Positions 13,919-31,173 are shown, counted from the first letter of the stretch. The stretch: DNA of 64,000 bases from the human T2T-CHM13v2.0 reference genome, Homo sapiens (GCF_009914755.1 NC_060934.1), one strand, 5' to 3'. A program made the numbers and translations. Notes: generated by a model from the sequence alone, not told the origin.

Positions 13919-14718
13919 GGACTTTTTATGCCACACTTAGTCATTTGGTTTTTATCCTGTCAGTGAGGAAATTAAACAGAAACATGATTAGCTTTTTTGT
14001 GTGTTTGAAAGACCACTTTGGAGCTGTCGTTAAAAAGTCTTAAGACTGGCGTTAGGGATTCCAGTTAAATTGCTCGTGGAGTCCTGGAACAGGGGAGTCA
14101 GGGAGAGGTTAGTGCCCCAAATCAGCAGTGGGGTTGGAGGGGCAGGATAGACAAAAGGATCCCTGAGGCAGTCACTTCATTGGGATCATTTTGGATTTAG
14201 GAGCATCAGTTGGAAGTGAAGGGCTAACAGGTCTCCTGCTTGGGTAATTGGTGATTGGTGCCTTCTACTGAGGATATACACAGGACCAGGTTTATGTGGG
14301 CAAAAGGTGATGAGTTCCAGATGCGCAGAATTGCGTGGATTGGAGAGACCTCAGCCTGGAGCTCTCCAGGGCTAGAATAAGATACATCATTCTGGCAGAA
14401 ATACGGCTCCAGGATTATAACCTGCAAGCAGGCTTTTTTTTTTCCTTTTTCCCTTCGGTTTTGCTTTCTTGTTTTGCCTGCATTGTCTACTTAAGCAATT
14501 TATGTTGATCTGTTTGTTAGCAGAAAAGGAACAAGCAGCAAATGTGTGGAAGTACTCAGGAAGAAGGCAGAAGCCCTAATGATGCGATCTGAGGACCACG
14601 TTGGACACGTGAAGCCAGATGCAGTGAAAAGTTGTGAGCTGGTGTTTGAAAGTGATTTACAACAAGTTGGCATCCGCTTGCCAGCTTGTGTTCACATGGA
14701 CATCTGCCCTGCAGAACT

Positions 14719-14930
14719 GCAGAATGGCTTAGAACACCGGTTCTGGTTTCAGGTGGACGTTGTTCACCCCTTCATGGGTGTGGGACCTTGGGTGAGTCCT
14801 CGCTCCGTGCCCACCTGTCTTTCTTGGATAAAGGTGATAATCGATCCCACTTTACTTGTGAGGATTCAGTGAGATGATTGATGATGTTTCTTAGCTCAGT
14901 TTCCAGAAGAGTGGGCACTCAAAAAATTGT
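14719..14930 (+). mobile_element. MIR
   Basis: gcagaatggcttagaacac...gaccttgggtgagtc...gtgaggattcagtgagatga...gcactcaaaaaattgt. Confidence 0.65.
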
Positions 14931-15463
14931 CTCTTGAAGTATTTACATGAACAGCTATTCTATAAAGACTCAAAATTTACTATTGAATGTAAATCTGGGA
15001 TGCAGAATTGGTTTTTTAGGTGATTTATTTTTCATTTATGAAGGCGTGCACCATAGAATTCCTGCAGAGAATGGGGATAGAAACCTCCCTGTTAATGCAT
15101 TTAAAAATATTTGATTTGCAAAAAATTCAGTATACTTTAAAATAATCTTATTAATAATAATTTGTATTGTAACAACTATATTGTATAATGCATTGAACTT
15201 CTAAGTGTGTTTTTTCCCCCATCAGCATCTCAACTGTTCTTCCATAATAGGCCTTGAAGTAGGGTGGTTGTTTTGGCCCTGATGTTACCATTGCAGACGT
15301 GAGACTCATCCATGTCACAGAGCAGGTCCCTGGTTTCCCAGTTCTTGATATCTTGTGGCAGGTGGTAGTACTGGGGCCAATTGAAAACTTTCCTGTTGCT
15401 TTTGGAAAAAAAAAAAAGAAAAAAGATAAAAGAGACAAAAATGGGCATGTAGTTTTTTGAGCT

Positions 15464-15809
<346 letters not shown>

Positions 15810-16119
15810 CTAACTGGGCAAATCCAGACCTTTTCTTAGTATCTTCAGAGAATATACAGTTGTGTCTAATTCTTTTTGGAAATATGGTATGCCTTATAAA
15901 TAGGTACACCTTAATTAGTTGCAAAGATTTAAACAAGTGTAGGAAAGCTAGGAGAGAAAGCTGTTTGTTACTGTTCATTATGTATTGTACAGGGTGATGC
16001 TGAGATTGAGTTATTCTTGGTATGAATAACTTCCTTTGAAAGTTAGAATGATAGAGTTTTAGAACGTAAGGGACCTTAGATTTTAATCCGTAATGACCAA
16101 GAAAACTGTGTTTTTAAAA

Positions 16120-16406
16120 ATTTTTTTTTTTTTTGAGATGGAGTCTCACTCTGTCACCCAGACCGGAGTGCAGTGGCATGATCTCAGCTCCCTGCAACCT
16201 CTGCCTCGTGGGTGATTCTCGTGCCTCAGTCTCACGAGAAGCTGGGACTGCAAGCATGCGCCACCACACCTGGCTAATTTTTGTATTTTTAGTAGAAATG
16301 GGGTTTCTCCATGTTGGTCGGGCTGGTCTTGAACTCCTGACCTCCATCCGCCTGCCTCAGCCTCCCAAAGTGCTGGGATTATAGACATGAGCCACCGCGC
16401 CTGGCT
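16120..16406 (-). mobile_element. AluS
   Basis: dimer; TSD gaaaactgtgttttt / gaaaactgtattttt. Confidence 0.95.
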
Positions 16407-17850
16407 GGAAAACTGTATTTTTGAGCATTAAGTAATTTCCTTTAAATTTTTGTTGATAAAGGAGAGACCCAGCTGCCAAAGAGGCTTCTGTTCTGGGGGT
16501 AAGACTGGTCACTGCATGTTGAATTGACATCATTCAACCAAATGTGGTTTAGCCTGAGCCATCGTATTGTGGGTAAATGTGTAGTTTCTGTTGTGTCTTT
16601 GGAAATTCTAAAAATAGGCACTCCCCATACCTCCTTCTGGGGGTTTCCACAGCTGGCTTCAGCCCAGCCAGCTCATTTTGCAGACCTAAAGCGTTTAAGT
16701 TCCATGCCCATGGTCAGAGATGTGGGGACTTTGTAAAGTAATATTTCATCTCTAGTGCAGACATAATGCCCAGGAAACAGTTGCACTCATCAGCGAGCCT
16801 CGGAGTCATGTTCTTTATGGGTGACACAGTGATACAGCTGTAATATGCACCATGTTCAGTCCAGAGACAGGCAGTGAACTAACGAGAAAACTCCGCTGTT
16901 TGCTTAGACTTTCTGTGTATTGACTCAATGCCCACATTACTAAGCGCCCGTCTTTAAAAATTAGCCACAGTCTAGCACGTATAAACAGATAGGACAATTA
17001 ACACCTGAAATTGTCTTGTTATATAAGTGAAACCAGTGAAACGTCATTAATCAAGACCCTCATACATTTGGAATGCCAAGTGACAGTCAACAGGGTTAGA
17101 CCGAAGTTGGCTGGAGCCAGTATCTATGAGACAGGAGTTTGTTGAGCAAACCCGTGATATCAGCATGACATGGTCATATTGTTTAATCTGCTTTACAAGA
17201 ACAAACACTTAGCTTTAATATTGGCATGCGTTGTTAAACATTTATTACAAGTACTTCTTATCAGGACCAACAAGACTTCTGCTTAGCAATAATTTGCCAG
17301 CCCTTTAAAGTTGTTTATGAATTTCAGAGCACTTAAATGGCGTTTTTATGTGAAGGTTTTGAAATCGACGGGAGAAAGGGCAAATGCGAGCATCTGATTT
17401 GTTTGTACCAGTGCTGCTTGGAAGAGGACTGGGCTTTGAGGAGACACTCAGCATTTCTTGTCGCGTGTAGGATTGAATGGGTGCATCAATCAAATGGTGC
17501 TGGGATTAGCGGTTGGCTTGTTGGGAAGAAAACAGCTCATTGTGTTTCTCAGTGGCAGTTCCATTGGCACCACAGCCAAGATGATCTTTCCTTGCTCAGG
17601 TTTGTGCTGTGCACTCCGGACATTCAGCTTCCCTGACTCCTACCCCGTGGAAGTTTGTTTCTGACTTGTTTCCAGATACCCCTGGGGAAACAGCTCCCTC
17701 CCTGGTTCAGGACCGTCATGTCGCGCCAAACACCAAAACAAATTCCAGGTATTAGAAAGTTCAGTGTAAAAACCCATAAAACAAGAAGAAAATACTAGTT
17801 AATATCTGGCAAAAGCTTTTTATTGTTATTGTTTTTTTAATTAAGCTGTT

Positions 17851-18179
<329 letters not shown>

Positions 18180-19273
18180 AGGTATTGAACTCTGTAAAGT
18201 CATGCGTCCAAATCTCCCTGGGCATCCTCCATTGCTGCGTAATAAGTCTGTGCCTCCAGTTGTCCTTATGTGGGCTATTCTAGCTCTTTCCCTTACAGTA
18301 CAACTTGTTCCCCATTTTCTCTGACCTTTTATAGAGGAGATCGAGGCCACCTAGGGTGACGTCACTGCTTCACATCTTGATACCGCAGACTTGCTTTCTT
18401 TCTAGGGAAGGCTCCCTCTGCTGCACTTCCAAGAGTCCTGCTCCTTCAGACCCCACCCCCATGCCAATTTCCATTTTGCCTTCTCCTCTTCCTCTGTCCC
18501 TGCTGCCTATCACCCTCCTTATACTGTAAAATGCCCCTCTCATCTCCATCTTCCTGCACAGCCACCCTCCAGCCTCTCTCATGCCCTGCGTTCATGGCCA
18601 GACCTCTCCATGACTTCTTTCAGTCCAGGCTTGAGGAACCCAGGGCAGGAGGCCTGGCAGGGCGGGCAGAGCCGCCGTGAGGACTGGACTCAGTTGCCCA
18701 TGGGATCCTGTCACCCAGCCCCAGCTTAAAACCCAGAAGCTCCCACTGCCAGGGGAAGGGAACTCCAGGAAATCATACCAGCCTTCCTTTTCACATTTCT
18801 TTCCTCACCATCCCCTACCTCAAGCTAGAAGTTTCCTTCTCACTGAAGCGTCTCTGGGAACGCCCCCATGGTTGCCTTCTCCCCCATCCCTGTCTGCTCT
18901 GCTGAGCCACAGTGTTGTCTTCTCTGACTCTAGGTCCCTTCTCTCCAGCTCCCTCCTCCATTACTTCATGGTAGCCCCTTCTTCTGGAAGCCTCTCTGAG
19001 ACCCTGAGGGCAGGGAGTAACCAGCTCCTGCAATACAGTCTTCATCCAAGGATGGAGAAAGAGCTGGTTGAGCTGGTTGATTGAATATGAAATCTAGGAG
19101 GAGATTTACTTTCCCATTTCCAGCTGTGGTCCAAGTTGACCAGCATCATCCAAATAGGTGATTTGCTTGAGCATTTTACAATGATTCAAGCTCTAGGTAC
19201 TTCCCCCCCGGGAAACACATATCCTGGGAAAAATGAAAACAAATTCCTCCTCAAGGGTGTGATTGGCTGACTC

Positions 19274-19896
<623 letters not shown>

Positions 19897-19926
19897 TGAC
19901 TCTTTCATTTTCAATGTTGTGTTTGA

Positions 19927-20860
<934 letters not shown>

Positions 20861-20879
20861 TGCTACTTGAAATCTCTCC

Positions 20880-21007
20880 TTTTTCTTTTTAGTGGCGGGC
20901 TCTTGCTACGTGGCCCAGGCTGCTCTTGAACTCCTGGGCTCAAGCCATTCTTCCGCCTTGGCGTCTGGAGTAGCTAGGACTACAAGTTGACACCATCACA
21001 CCTGGCT
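20880..21007 (-). mobile_element. FLAM monomer
   Basis: tcttgctacgtggcccaggctgctcttgaactcctgggctcaagc...gtagctaggactaca. Confidence 0.85.
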
Positions 21008-21014
21008 GAAAAAT

Positions 21015-21522
21015 TTTCTTAAAAATAGCTTTATTGATGTATAAATTCAGAGATCATACAGTTCACTTCTTTAAAGAGTACCATTCTGTGTTTTTGGTAT
21101 ATTATTCTCCTTAAATTGTGGTAATATATAAAACACCATGTCTGCCATTTTAGCCATTTTTACTTGTAGAGTTCAGTGACATTAAGTACGTCCACAGCAT
21201 TGTGCAATAATCTCCACTTTCTGTTTTCAAAATTTTTTCATCATCCCAAACAGAAACTCTGTACCCATTAAGCGGTAGCTCCGCAGTACCTCCTGTCTCA
21301 CCACTGGTAACCTTGAATCTATTTTCTGTCTGTAAATTTGCCTATTCTCGGTACCTCAGAAATGGGATCATGAAATATTTGTTCTTTTGTGCCCGACCTC
21401 TTTCACTGGTACCCTGATGTCTTCAGGGCTTCTCTATGTTATAACATGGCTCAGAACTTCATTCCTTTCTATGGTTGAATAATATTCCATTGTATGGATA
21501 TCACACATTTTGTTTATCTGTA
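21015..21522 (-). mobile_element. L1MB-like 3' ends (short terminus ~21015-21103, longer piece ~21110-21522)
   Basis: agctttattgatgtataa; gttcagtgacattaagtacgtccacagcattgtgcaa; tcatcccaaacagaaactctgtacccattaa; gaataatattccattgtatggata. Confidence 0.85.
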
Positions 21523-22127
21523 TTACTTGAAATCTTGATACATACTTTTTATTTTCTAAGCACTTCCCCATAATTCTCATCCGATTAGTTTGCCTGCCTT
21601 ATTACTGGCAAATAATTTCTTGATTAATTGAATTTGCTAGCAATTTTGAACAAGATGATGGTGGTTACAAGGCAGAAATGCCATTTCCTGTTCTTTCTGT
21701 CTCTTTCTGTGTGTGTGTGTAACTCTGTATTTTCTTGAGTGTGTATCTCTCTGTGTGTCTTCTAAGTGAGGCCATCCAGTTGGTGCACTTGTCTGAAGAT
21801 AATACAGGTGCAGGGGTGAAACTGCAGGGCCTTAGAACAGTTCACCCCCTACCTCCTGAAGGTGTTGACAGGAAAAGCTAGCCTCGGCCCTCCATTACTC
21901 TCAGAGTCTGCTCAAGACAGACACAACTCTGTCTCCTTGTAATAAATGTGTCTCACAGAGCTAAAGCAATGCACAGAAGAAAGGACTTCTCTGAAGGCCT
22001 GCTCAGTTTATCAACAAAATTGATCAATTTTTGTTGTTTGTTTCACAGATCAATGAAGGACACATCCAGTGTGATGAGGCACTGGGGCATATATAGAATG
22101 TATTTGACAACAGATATTAGTTCTTTG

Positions 22128-22170
22128 TTAGCAGGAATGACACACGTTTAGCAGGAATGACACACGTTTA
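22128..22170. repeat. Perfect 20-bp tandem duplication
   Basis: ttagcaggaatgacacacgt x2. Confidence 0.95.
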
Positions 22171-23025
22171 ATGTTGTGACCAGAGGCAGAGTCATTCTAG
22201 ATCTTAGGTGCGACCTGAGCTTTGTGGAGCCTCAGTTCTGTCTTGAAAGATATTCTTCACTCTGCCCTCTTTTATTGATTAATTTTAGGCAATCTCTGCG
22301 GGTATTTCCAGTGCTCTTGGCTTTTCTTGACTTTGTACTAATTGCCAAAGGCGGCAGAGGATGAGGACTTGTTGGGGTGGTCGTGTGTACCAGTGATGTT
22401 TCTAGAGAGTGCATGGTTAGCCTACACTCTTCCTGTCTTCACAGATCCCACCTCACGTGGAAATAGGTACTCAAAAATCCATTGTGCTTCTGTAATGGAT
22501 TAAGCTTCGAGCCCACCCCATCGGCTCCCATCACATCAACTCACCAAACATTGGCTCAGGGAGTACCTGGGCCAGCCTGGGTGCCCACTAACCATCCCTG
22601 GGACGGGACGACCTCGACTAGCCCGCTATGTCATGTTTTCTTATTCCATGGGCATAAGGCTTGGCAGAATGCGGAGATTCTGAGCTCAGAAGTTTCTGAC
22701 TTTTCCTTAAAAAAGAACTGAAACATTAGAGCTTTAGGCTGTGCTTCCACCATGCGGATCCACATTGGTTCCCATCTGTGTGGTCCAGCAGAAGCAGCTC
22801 CCTGATCACTGTGCAGGTTCCTGTGGCCGAGATGGTCGGCGTTTGGGTCAGGCGGCTCCCAGCACAGGAGTGGGAGCTGGCAGGAGTGCCCTGTGAGTGC
22901 CTTAATGAGATGCCACTGCATTCACCCTTCATTTGCCCTGTGCCGATGGAAAAAAAAATGGGTTTTCCAGTAGAAATGTACTGTAAATGATTATTCTAAG
23001 TTATAGCAATGGCCTACCTGGCTTC

Positions 23026-23317
<292 letters not shown>

Positions 23318-23751
23318 AAGCCTACCTGGCTTCATATGCTCCTCTTGTTGATAGTAGCTACAAAGTCAAGAATCAAAATAATGACTTTGAACAAAGGATA
23401 GAACATCCGCTGATGTCTTTACACCAGTCTTGCTTGAGGTTTGAGTCTATCAGCGTGGGCTGGTTTCTCAGGTGACAACTGGCCAGAGAGGCAAAGTAGA
23501 ATATTGAAGACCAGGGCTCTAGTAACACAGATGTGTTCTTTTCCCACCATTTTACAGCAAATGGGGCTTTTCTTTTATCACAGTCCTCATCTCCTGGTGC
23601 CTCCTGCAACCCCACCTGTAGTGTGAGCTGGTGGCGTTGATGACTGTTGATGGGATGAATAGAGGGGAAGCTGTCCCCTGCCTCCGCTTCCCCTAGCCTG
23701 GCCCAGTGTGCTGGTTGCCCCTCTTTACAGCGACTAGAAAGAGAAAAGTGG

Positions 23752-24156
<405 letters not shown>

Positions 24157-24455
24157 TTAAAAAGGAAACCAGTCTTAAGTTGTAGCAGATGCCTGGGGGG
24201 AGGCCGTGGTGAAGTGGGGTGTTTGGTACTGAGTTTTCTAGCCCCTTCCCTCTGCTTCTCTCAGATGAATCACTGGAGCATCTGTGCTTGGCCCTCCCGG
24301 GTCTTTCTGTCCCTGGAAAGGGTTCATGAACGCATCCTACTGCGTTTTGCCACTTGTCTTGTGGTGGAACTAAGATTCTGCCCTCACCCACTCTGGGTTT
24401 TATTCATATAGGGAGGTTCTGGGAGCCCCAATGTGGGTCCAGGCAGAATGGTGTG

Positions 24456-24856
24456 TATATTAGGCTGTTCTTGCATTGTTCTAAAGAAATACCTGAGACT
24501 GGGTAATTGATCAAGAAAAGAGGCTTAATTGGCTCATGGTTCTGCAGGCTGTACAGGAAGCATGGTCTGTCATCAGCTTGGTTTCTAGAGAAACCTCAGA
24601 AGCCTCAGAAGCTTACAGTCATGGTGGAGGGGAAAGGGGGAGCAGGCACGTTACATGGTGAAAGCAGGAGCAAGTGAGAGCGAGGCGGGAAGGGGAGTGC
24701 CACACACTTGCAAGAACTCACTGTCAGGAAGACAGCACCAAGCTGTGAGGGATCCGCTCCCATGACCCAGACACCTCCCACCAGGCCCCACCTCCAGCAC
24801 TGGGGAGTACAATTCATCATAACATTTGGGCAGGGACAAATATCCAAACTTTATCA
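24456..24856 (-). mobile_element. MSTA-like MaLR solo LTR
   Basis: tattaggctgttcttgcattg...aaagaaatacctgagactgggtaatt...gggacaaatatccaaactttatca; 5-bp TSD GTGTG. Confidence 0.88.
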
Positions 24857-24908
24857 GTGTGTTAGAGAGAAGTCAGGCCCTGTTCTCTTCTCTGGGGTGT
24901 ATGTTTTG

Positions 24909-25901
24909 TGATGATGGCGATGATGACAGTGGTGATGATGATGGTGATAATGGTGATGATGATGAGTATGATGGTGATAATGATGATGATGACATTGGGG
25001 ATGATGATGATAGTACTGGTGGTGGTGATGATGGTGACCATGACAATGGTGATGATGGTGATAATGGTGATGAGTGTGATGGTGATAGTGGTGATGATGA
25101 CATTGGGGATGATGGTGACGATGACAGTGGTGTTAATGATGGTGATAATGGTGATGATGAGTGTGATGGTGATAATGGTGATGATGATGACATTGGGGAT
25201 GATGATGATAGTACTGGTGGTGGTGATGATGATGGTGATGGTGATAATGGTGATGATGTTGAGTGATAATGGTGATGATGATGGTGATGGTGATAATGGT
25301 GATGATGTTGAGTATGATGGTGATAATGGTGATGATGATGACAGTGGTGATGATGATGATGACAATGGTGATGGTGATGACAATGGTGATGATGGTGATA
25401 ATGGTGATGATGAGTATGATGGTGATAATGGTGATGATGATGACATTGGTGGTGATGATAATAGTACTGGTGGTGGTGATGATGGTGATGATGACAATGG
25501 TGATGATGGTGACGATGACAATGGTGATGATGGTGATAATGGTGATGATGAGTGTGATGGTGATAATGGTGATGATGAGTATGATGGTGATAATGGTGAT
25601 GATGATGACATTGGTGATGATGATGATAGTACTGGTGGTGGTGATGATGGTGATGATGACAATGGTGATGATGGTGATAATGGTGATGATGAGTATGATG
25701 GTGATAATGGTGATGATGATGACATTGGTGATGATGATGATAGTACTGGTGGTGGTGATGATGATGGTGATGATGACAATGGTGATGATGATGGTGATGA
25801 AGGTGATAATGTTGATGAGTATGGTGGTGATAATGGTGATGATGATGATGACATTGGTGATGATGATGATAGTACTGGTGGTGGTGATGATGATGGTGAT
25901 G
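24909..25901. repeat. Compound (GAT/GGT)n trinucleotide minisatellite with higher-order units
   Basis: ~1 kb of gat/ggt/aat/gac triplets; marker AGTACT at 25012, 25210, 25463, 25628, 25742 and 25871. Confidence 0.97.
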
Positions 25902-27508
25902 CTAATTATGGAAGGACAGAGAAATGTGGGTTTGAAGGAGAAGTTGCTAATTTGCTGGTGTTTGTGGATATTGAATCTCTGGATTTGGGATAGTTCTGAT
26001 TTCAAATATTCCATTCCATTGTCATGCCATATATTTCAGACCAAAACTTTGCCATTGTTTGTTTGAAAAAAAAAGTCTGTTAGCCATATTTTCACAGTTT
26101 GGAGATGAGGAGCTTGGGCCTACCTGCTGTGAATTTGTCACTGGTATGCAGTAAAATGAGAAAGATAATGCAGTGGGGTTTTTAGAAATCCAAATGTATT
26201 AAATGGAAGGGCTTATCCCTTTTTCACCTTAAAATGAGGGTCTTTCCTGTTTTCTAACGATGAGATATCTTTTCTCTCATGAAATGGTGGTGACAGTATG
26301 GTAGTTTGGATGTACTGACCTTACTTGAAAAATTAAGATTTAGCAACTCTCATCCAGTTCCCTGATAGTTGGGAAAATTGTACAGCTCTCTGAAATCCAA
26401 AAATCTGAAAACCATAATATAATAAATGTGTAGTTTAGTTCTTTAATTTGAAATTTCCTCCCTCTAAAGAGGAGATAGAAGGAATGGAGATGGCGAAATA
26501 GGAGGCATGCGTTTATTAGTTTTGCTGAGTCTTGGATGTTTTATAACGTTTTCTGATGACAATTGCAGTAAACTTTCTGTGTTGCAAAAACCTGGTATCT
26601 TGTAGTAAAGTGAGTTTACAAAGAAGACAGCATTTGTGTACAGTAGCTATATTAGTTGTGACATGTTTCATCTTTGAAATTATCTTTTTCCTCTGTGGTT
26701 TTAGGGAAAAATAGCTGGGGAGAGTGGTTGGCTGGGAGGAACCTGGCTCGAGTTTCTGATCTGCCATGTTATCTGTCGTGTCTGAATTTCTCATAGTCAG
26801 TGGGAGATGTACGTTTTGTACAAGCATTTTGCATTTTTCAAACTTTTTACAGTTTTCTCGAGCCTCGCTGTTGGAATAAATTTAACACTAATGCCTACTT
26901 GTAGGCACCTTTCTGAAAATGTTCTGATGAGCTTTCATCATTGTTTTGGAATATTTTAGGCAAAGTGTTGAAGAAAATGTAGCAACTATTCCCATTAATT
27001 TGAATTTGGATCGTTTCCTTGAGACACGCTGTTTCTTAGTCATAGTGTCCTAGCTTTTTGCCTTGATTAGTTGAATGATTGATTGCCTTAATTCTCCATT
27101 TGGCTTGGCCTGTGTAGACATAGTTTTATTTGAGGTTTTTCAGATCTTGCTTGATGGCCAAATTCAGTTCAAATTAAGGAAATAAATTATGGAGAGTGAG
27201 TTTCTTTTCTGTTTTCAAAAGGTTCCATTTAACACTCGTTTGGAATTTCTTCGGGAAAAAAAATCTAGTTAACTCTCTTTGATTTTCTTTTATAGATCCG
27301 TTATGTTTCCCAGTTTGATTCTGTTACCTTCCCATGTTTATAGATTTTCCTCTTGTTTTCATGTGTCTGATTATTATAGTCAGGGCCACCTTTCTTAGTT
27401 CATTAACTTTCCTTTTCTTGAAGATTGCAGCTGCCTTTTTCCAAAGGGTTTCCAGTCTATTAATATCACTTAAAATGCATGTGATATTTCTTTTTAAAAA
27501 CAAAGTGA

Positions 27509-27936
<428 letters not shown>

Positions 27937-28091
27937 TGACTATTTTTCAAGGTCCTACTTCAAGATATTTTGTGTCATTATTCTAAAGTCAGTGCTAAGA
28001 AGTCACTTCCCTACGGAAGTGGATTAAAATTACGTTTTTTTTTTTTTGTCTTCTTTTAAAAAAAGATAGACATGGTTGATAATGAGATGGC

Positions 28092-28212
28092 TTTTTTTTT
28101 TCTTTTTTTCTGAGACAAGGTCTCGCTCTGTTGTCCAGGCTAGAGTGCGGTGGCACAATCACAGCCCATTGGAGCCTCGACCTCCTGGGCTCAAGTGATC
28201 CTTCAGCCTCAG
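28092..28212 (-). mobile_element. AluJ right-arm fragment
   Basis: gagacaaggtctcgctctg...cacaatcacagccc...gcctcgacctcctgggctcaagtgatcc. Confidence 0.88.
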
Positions 28213-29239
28213 TTTGAGCAGTTTGGCATATGTTCTGAATCTGAGGTTGATTATTATTCCTTTAGCGCTAGTATTACACTGAGACCTGGAAAAAAAGAAA
28301 AAAGAAAGCGAAAAACCATTCGCATTAGACTGTGGGCAGAAATATTTCTAACTATATGATTGTGGGTTAGTCTTGTGCTACGACGTGCAGTATTTCAGAA
28401 TAAAAGGTGGTATATAGAATTCACTTTTTGGATATTATTCTTGTTTTTTTTTTAGCATCTACATTTTTTTTAGGAGATACAGAATAATCTCTTTAAAAAA
28501 ACAGCGTTAACTATATTAATGGAGAAGTCGCTGGAAATGTCACTTCAGGTGGAAACATTTAGTGTGGATTTAACTTTTTATGGAATTATGCATGCAATGC
28601 CATTTGCATTTGCTGAGATTTTGTATTATTAATAGAATAGACAGATCAGCATTTTGTCGGTGTATGTAAAACTTTGCTTGTTTTTCCTGTCTTGATTGCT
28701 TGCTGGTTGCACATAAAATTTAGAGTTGGAAAAAGAGTGTAGCACAGAACAGGGGTTGGATGACTCAAGGGTCTCCGCTCCTGTCTCTGCTCTGCTGCAG
28801 CTCCGGCTGGAGGCCTTCATTTATAAACTGTCGGATGGGGCCAGGCCAAGAGTCCGTGCAGAAAAATCCCACAGTTGTGCCCTGGGGAAGCTGCTCATGG
28901 TGAAGGGCTTCATTTGCAGAGTGGAATTGCTGTAAGGCCGGGGTCTTGCTGAGCACCGGAGGGAGGGCTCTGACTAGCACTGGGCGGTGGAGAGAAGCAG
29001 AACTCACTTGCCATACTCTGTGTCAGTTTCCAGCAAGAGTGAAGTTCTGTTTTTCCGGTGGGTTCTGCCCTTTCCTTATCAGTTCAGCTGAGCTTACTCC
29101 AGGGCTTCCCCTTTGCTCCCAGCTTTCCAGGGCATGTTCTGCCAAAAATGAGCTTTGCCTTGGGTGTGTCTGATTGTGTTGTTGGTAGACTCCCTAAAAA
29201 CCTTCCGGTGCTAGCGATGCTGTAGACGGCTGAGACCCA

Positions 29240-29475
29240 TGGAGGTGGTTGTTAATTGTCACTGGGGGCCCGGGGTCACACTGCTTGGGCCTGCATCCCA
29301 GTTTAATGGTGGGACTTTGGACAAGGTTCCTCAAGCCCCCGAAGCCTCTCTGTCCTCATCTGTAAAATGGGGACAGTGGCAGTACTTGTCTCTCATAGAA
29401 CATCCATGGGAGGAACTTACCTCAGTGCCTGGCATATAGCAAGTTTTCAAAAAATATTAGCTGTTAATATTATTT
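29240..29475 (+). mobile_element. MIR
   Basis: cctcatctgtaaaatggggacagt...cagtgcctggcatatagcaagttttcaaaaaatattagctgtt. Confidence 0.8.
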
Positions 29476-29943
29476 TTATTACCTAGACGCAGGATGATGG
29501 ACCCTATGACCTTCTGAGTCTTCTTCCATCTGTGTGTGTATGTAAGACAGAAAAAGAGACTGAGAGAGAGAGAGAGAGACAAAGAACAGGAGAACTACAC
29601 TGTGGATTTGGGTGATGCTCCAGGGAGGTTTGAACAGACTGTCAATGTCATGTTTTGAAGAGAGCAAGGAATTTTGGGGATACTGCTGTGCCAGAGAAAA
29701 CAGGTTCGAGAGAAAGAAAACAGAGGCGGGATCCCTTACAGAGCAAGAGGTAACCAGGAGTTGTTTAGGTGGCATCCAGCCAGGGGAATTGCTCAGGGTT
29801 CTGCAGAGGGCAGCCTCTGGGGCTCCGGCTGGGGTGGGGAGATGGCTTGGCCCTGGGCTGTTGGCCTGGGAACTGGGGTTCAGCCACAGTTGAGTTCCAA
29901 GCCTCCTAGTGTTTCCTCTACCTCCTGGCTCCTTCAGAAATGA

Positions 29944-30388
<445 letters not shown>

Positions 30389-30611
30389 TCGATGCTCTTT
30401 AAAAGAAGCCCTCGCCCTGCCAGATGATGCAGTAAGCAAGAATGAATATGGATCCCCAGGGTGTGGGAGGAGAATGAATTACTTGGTAGGCCTCAGTCCA
30501 GCAGGTCAGATGAGGCAGAGAACATGCCATCAAAACATATGATTGCAACGCGGCCATGCCTTGTGAAAGAAGAAAGCTTGGCCAGCTGTTGACTGATTAG
30601 AGATGGAGATG

Positions 30612-30906
30612 GGCTGGGCATCTGGCTCATGCATGTAATCCCAGCACTTTGGGAGGCTGAGATGGGAGGGTCACTTGAGGCCAGGAGTTCAAGAGCAGTC
30701 TGGGCAACATAGCCACATCCTCATTTCTACAAAAAATTTTAAAGAATTAGCTGGGCACCGTGGCATATGCCTGTAGTCCTAGCTACTGGGGAGGCTGAGG
30801 TGGGAGGATTGCTTGAACCTAGGAGTTTGAGGCTGCAGTGAGCTAGGATCATGCACTGCATTCCAGCTTGGGTGACAGAGCAAGACTCTCTCTTATTTTA
30901 AAAAAA
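30612..30906 (+). mobile_element. AluJ
   Basis: ttgaggccaggagttc, ctgggcaacatag, gaggattgcttgaacctaggagtttgaggctgcagtgagct. Confidence 0.93.
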
Positions 30907-31173
30907 GTTATGTATTGCACTCCAACTAGCAATGTGTGAGCATGACCTTCTTATCACATCCTTGCCAGTGATCAGCATTAAATTTTTTTTCTGATTTGCT
31001 AGTCCAAAATGAAACCTTTTAAAAAGTATTAAAACGAATGAAGGTATTACTAGAAAAGACTTGATCAGTCAGTTGAGCAAAGGTTCCAATTGCTGGGTGT
31101 GTCTGGGAGTTGCAGACCCCCACGTGGTGGGAGATGGGGAGTGACCGTCCACCCCTGCCGAGGGATGTCCTGC

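Noticed and set aside
15205-15305. Candidate acceptor ttttttcccccatcag with downstream gtgaga donor
   Set aside because: Weak donor and no recognisable peptide; cannot be supported without transcript data.
15350-15430. Weak U4 snRNA-like motifs (tggtagta...gccaattgaaaactttcc) followed by an A-run, as a possible retropseudogene
   Set aside because: Only about 70% match over 30 nt, needs a large gap, and no TSD; probably chance. An Infernal/Rfam search would settle it.
16850-17500. Repeat-poor stretch with forkhead-like TGTTTA/TAAACA motifs as an enhancer
   Set aside because: Short AT-rich motifs are expected by chance and conservation cannot be judged from this sequence alone.
22028-22105. 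Good-looking splice acceptor (tttgttttcacag at 22049) as a candidate exon
   Set aside because: No strong donor and no recognisable protein in any frame; such acceptors are common in T-rich introns.
24826-26066. Longest ORFs (146-361 aa) on both strands
   Set aside because: They are translations of the (GAT/GGT)n repeat, open in several frames at once, with no splice or promoter support; not called as CDS.
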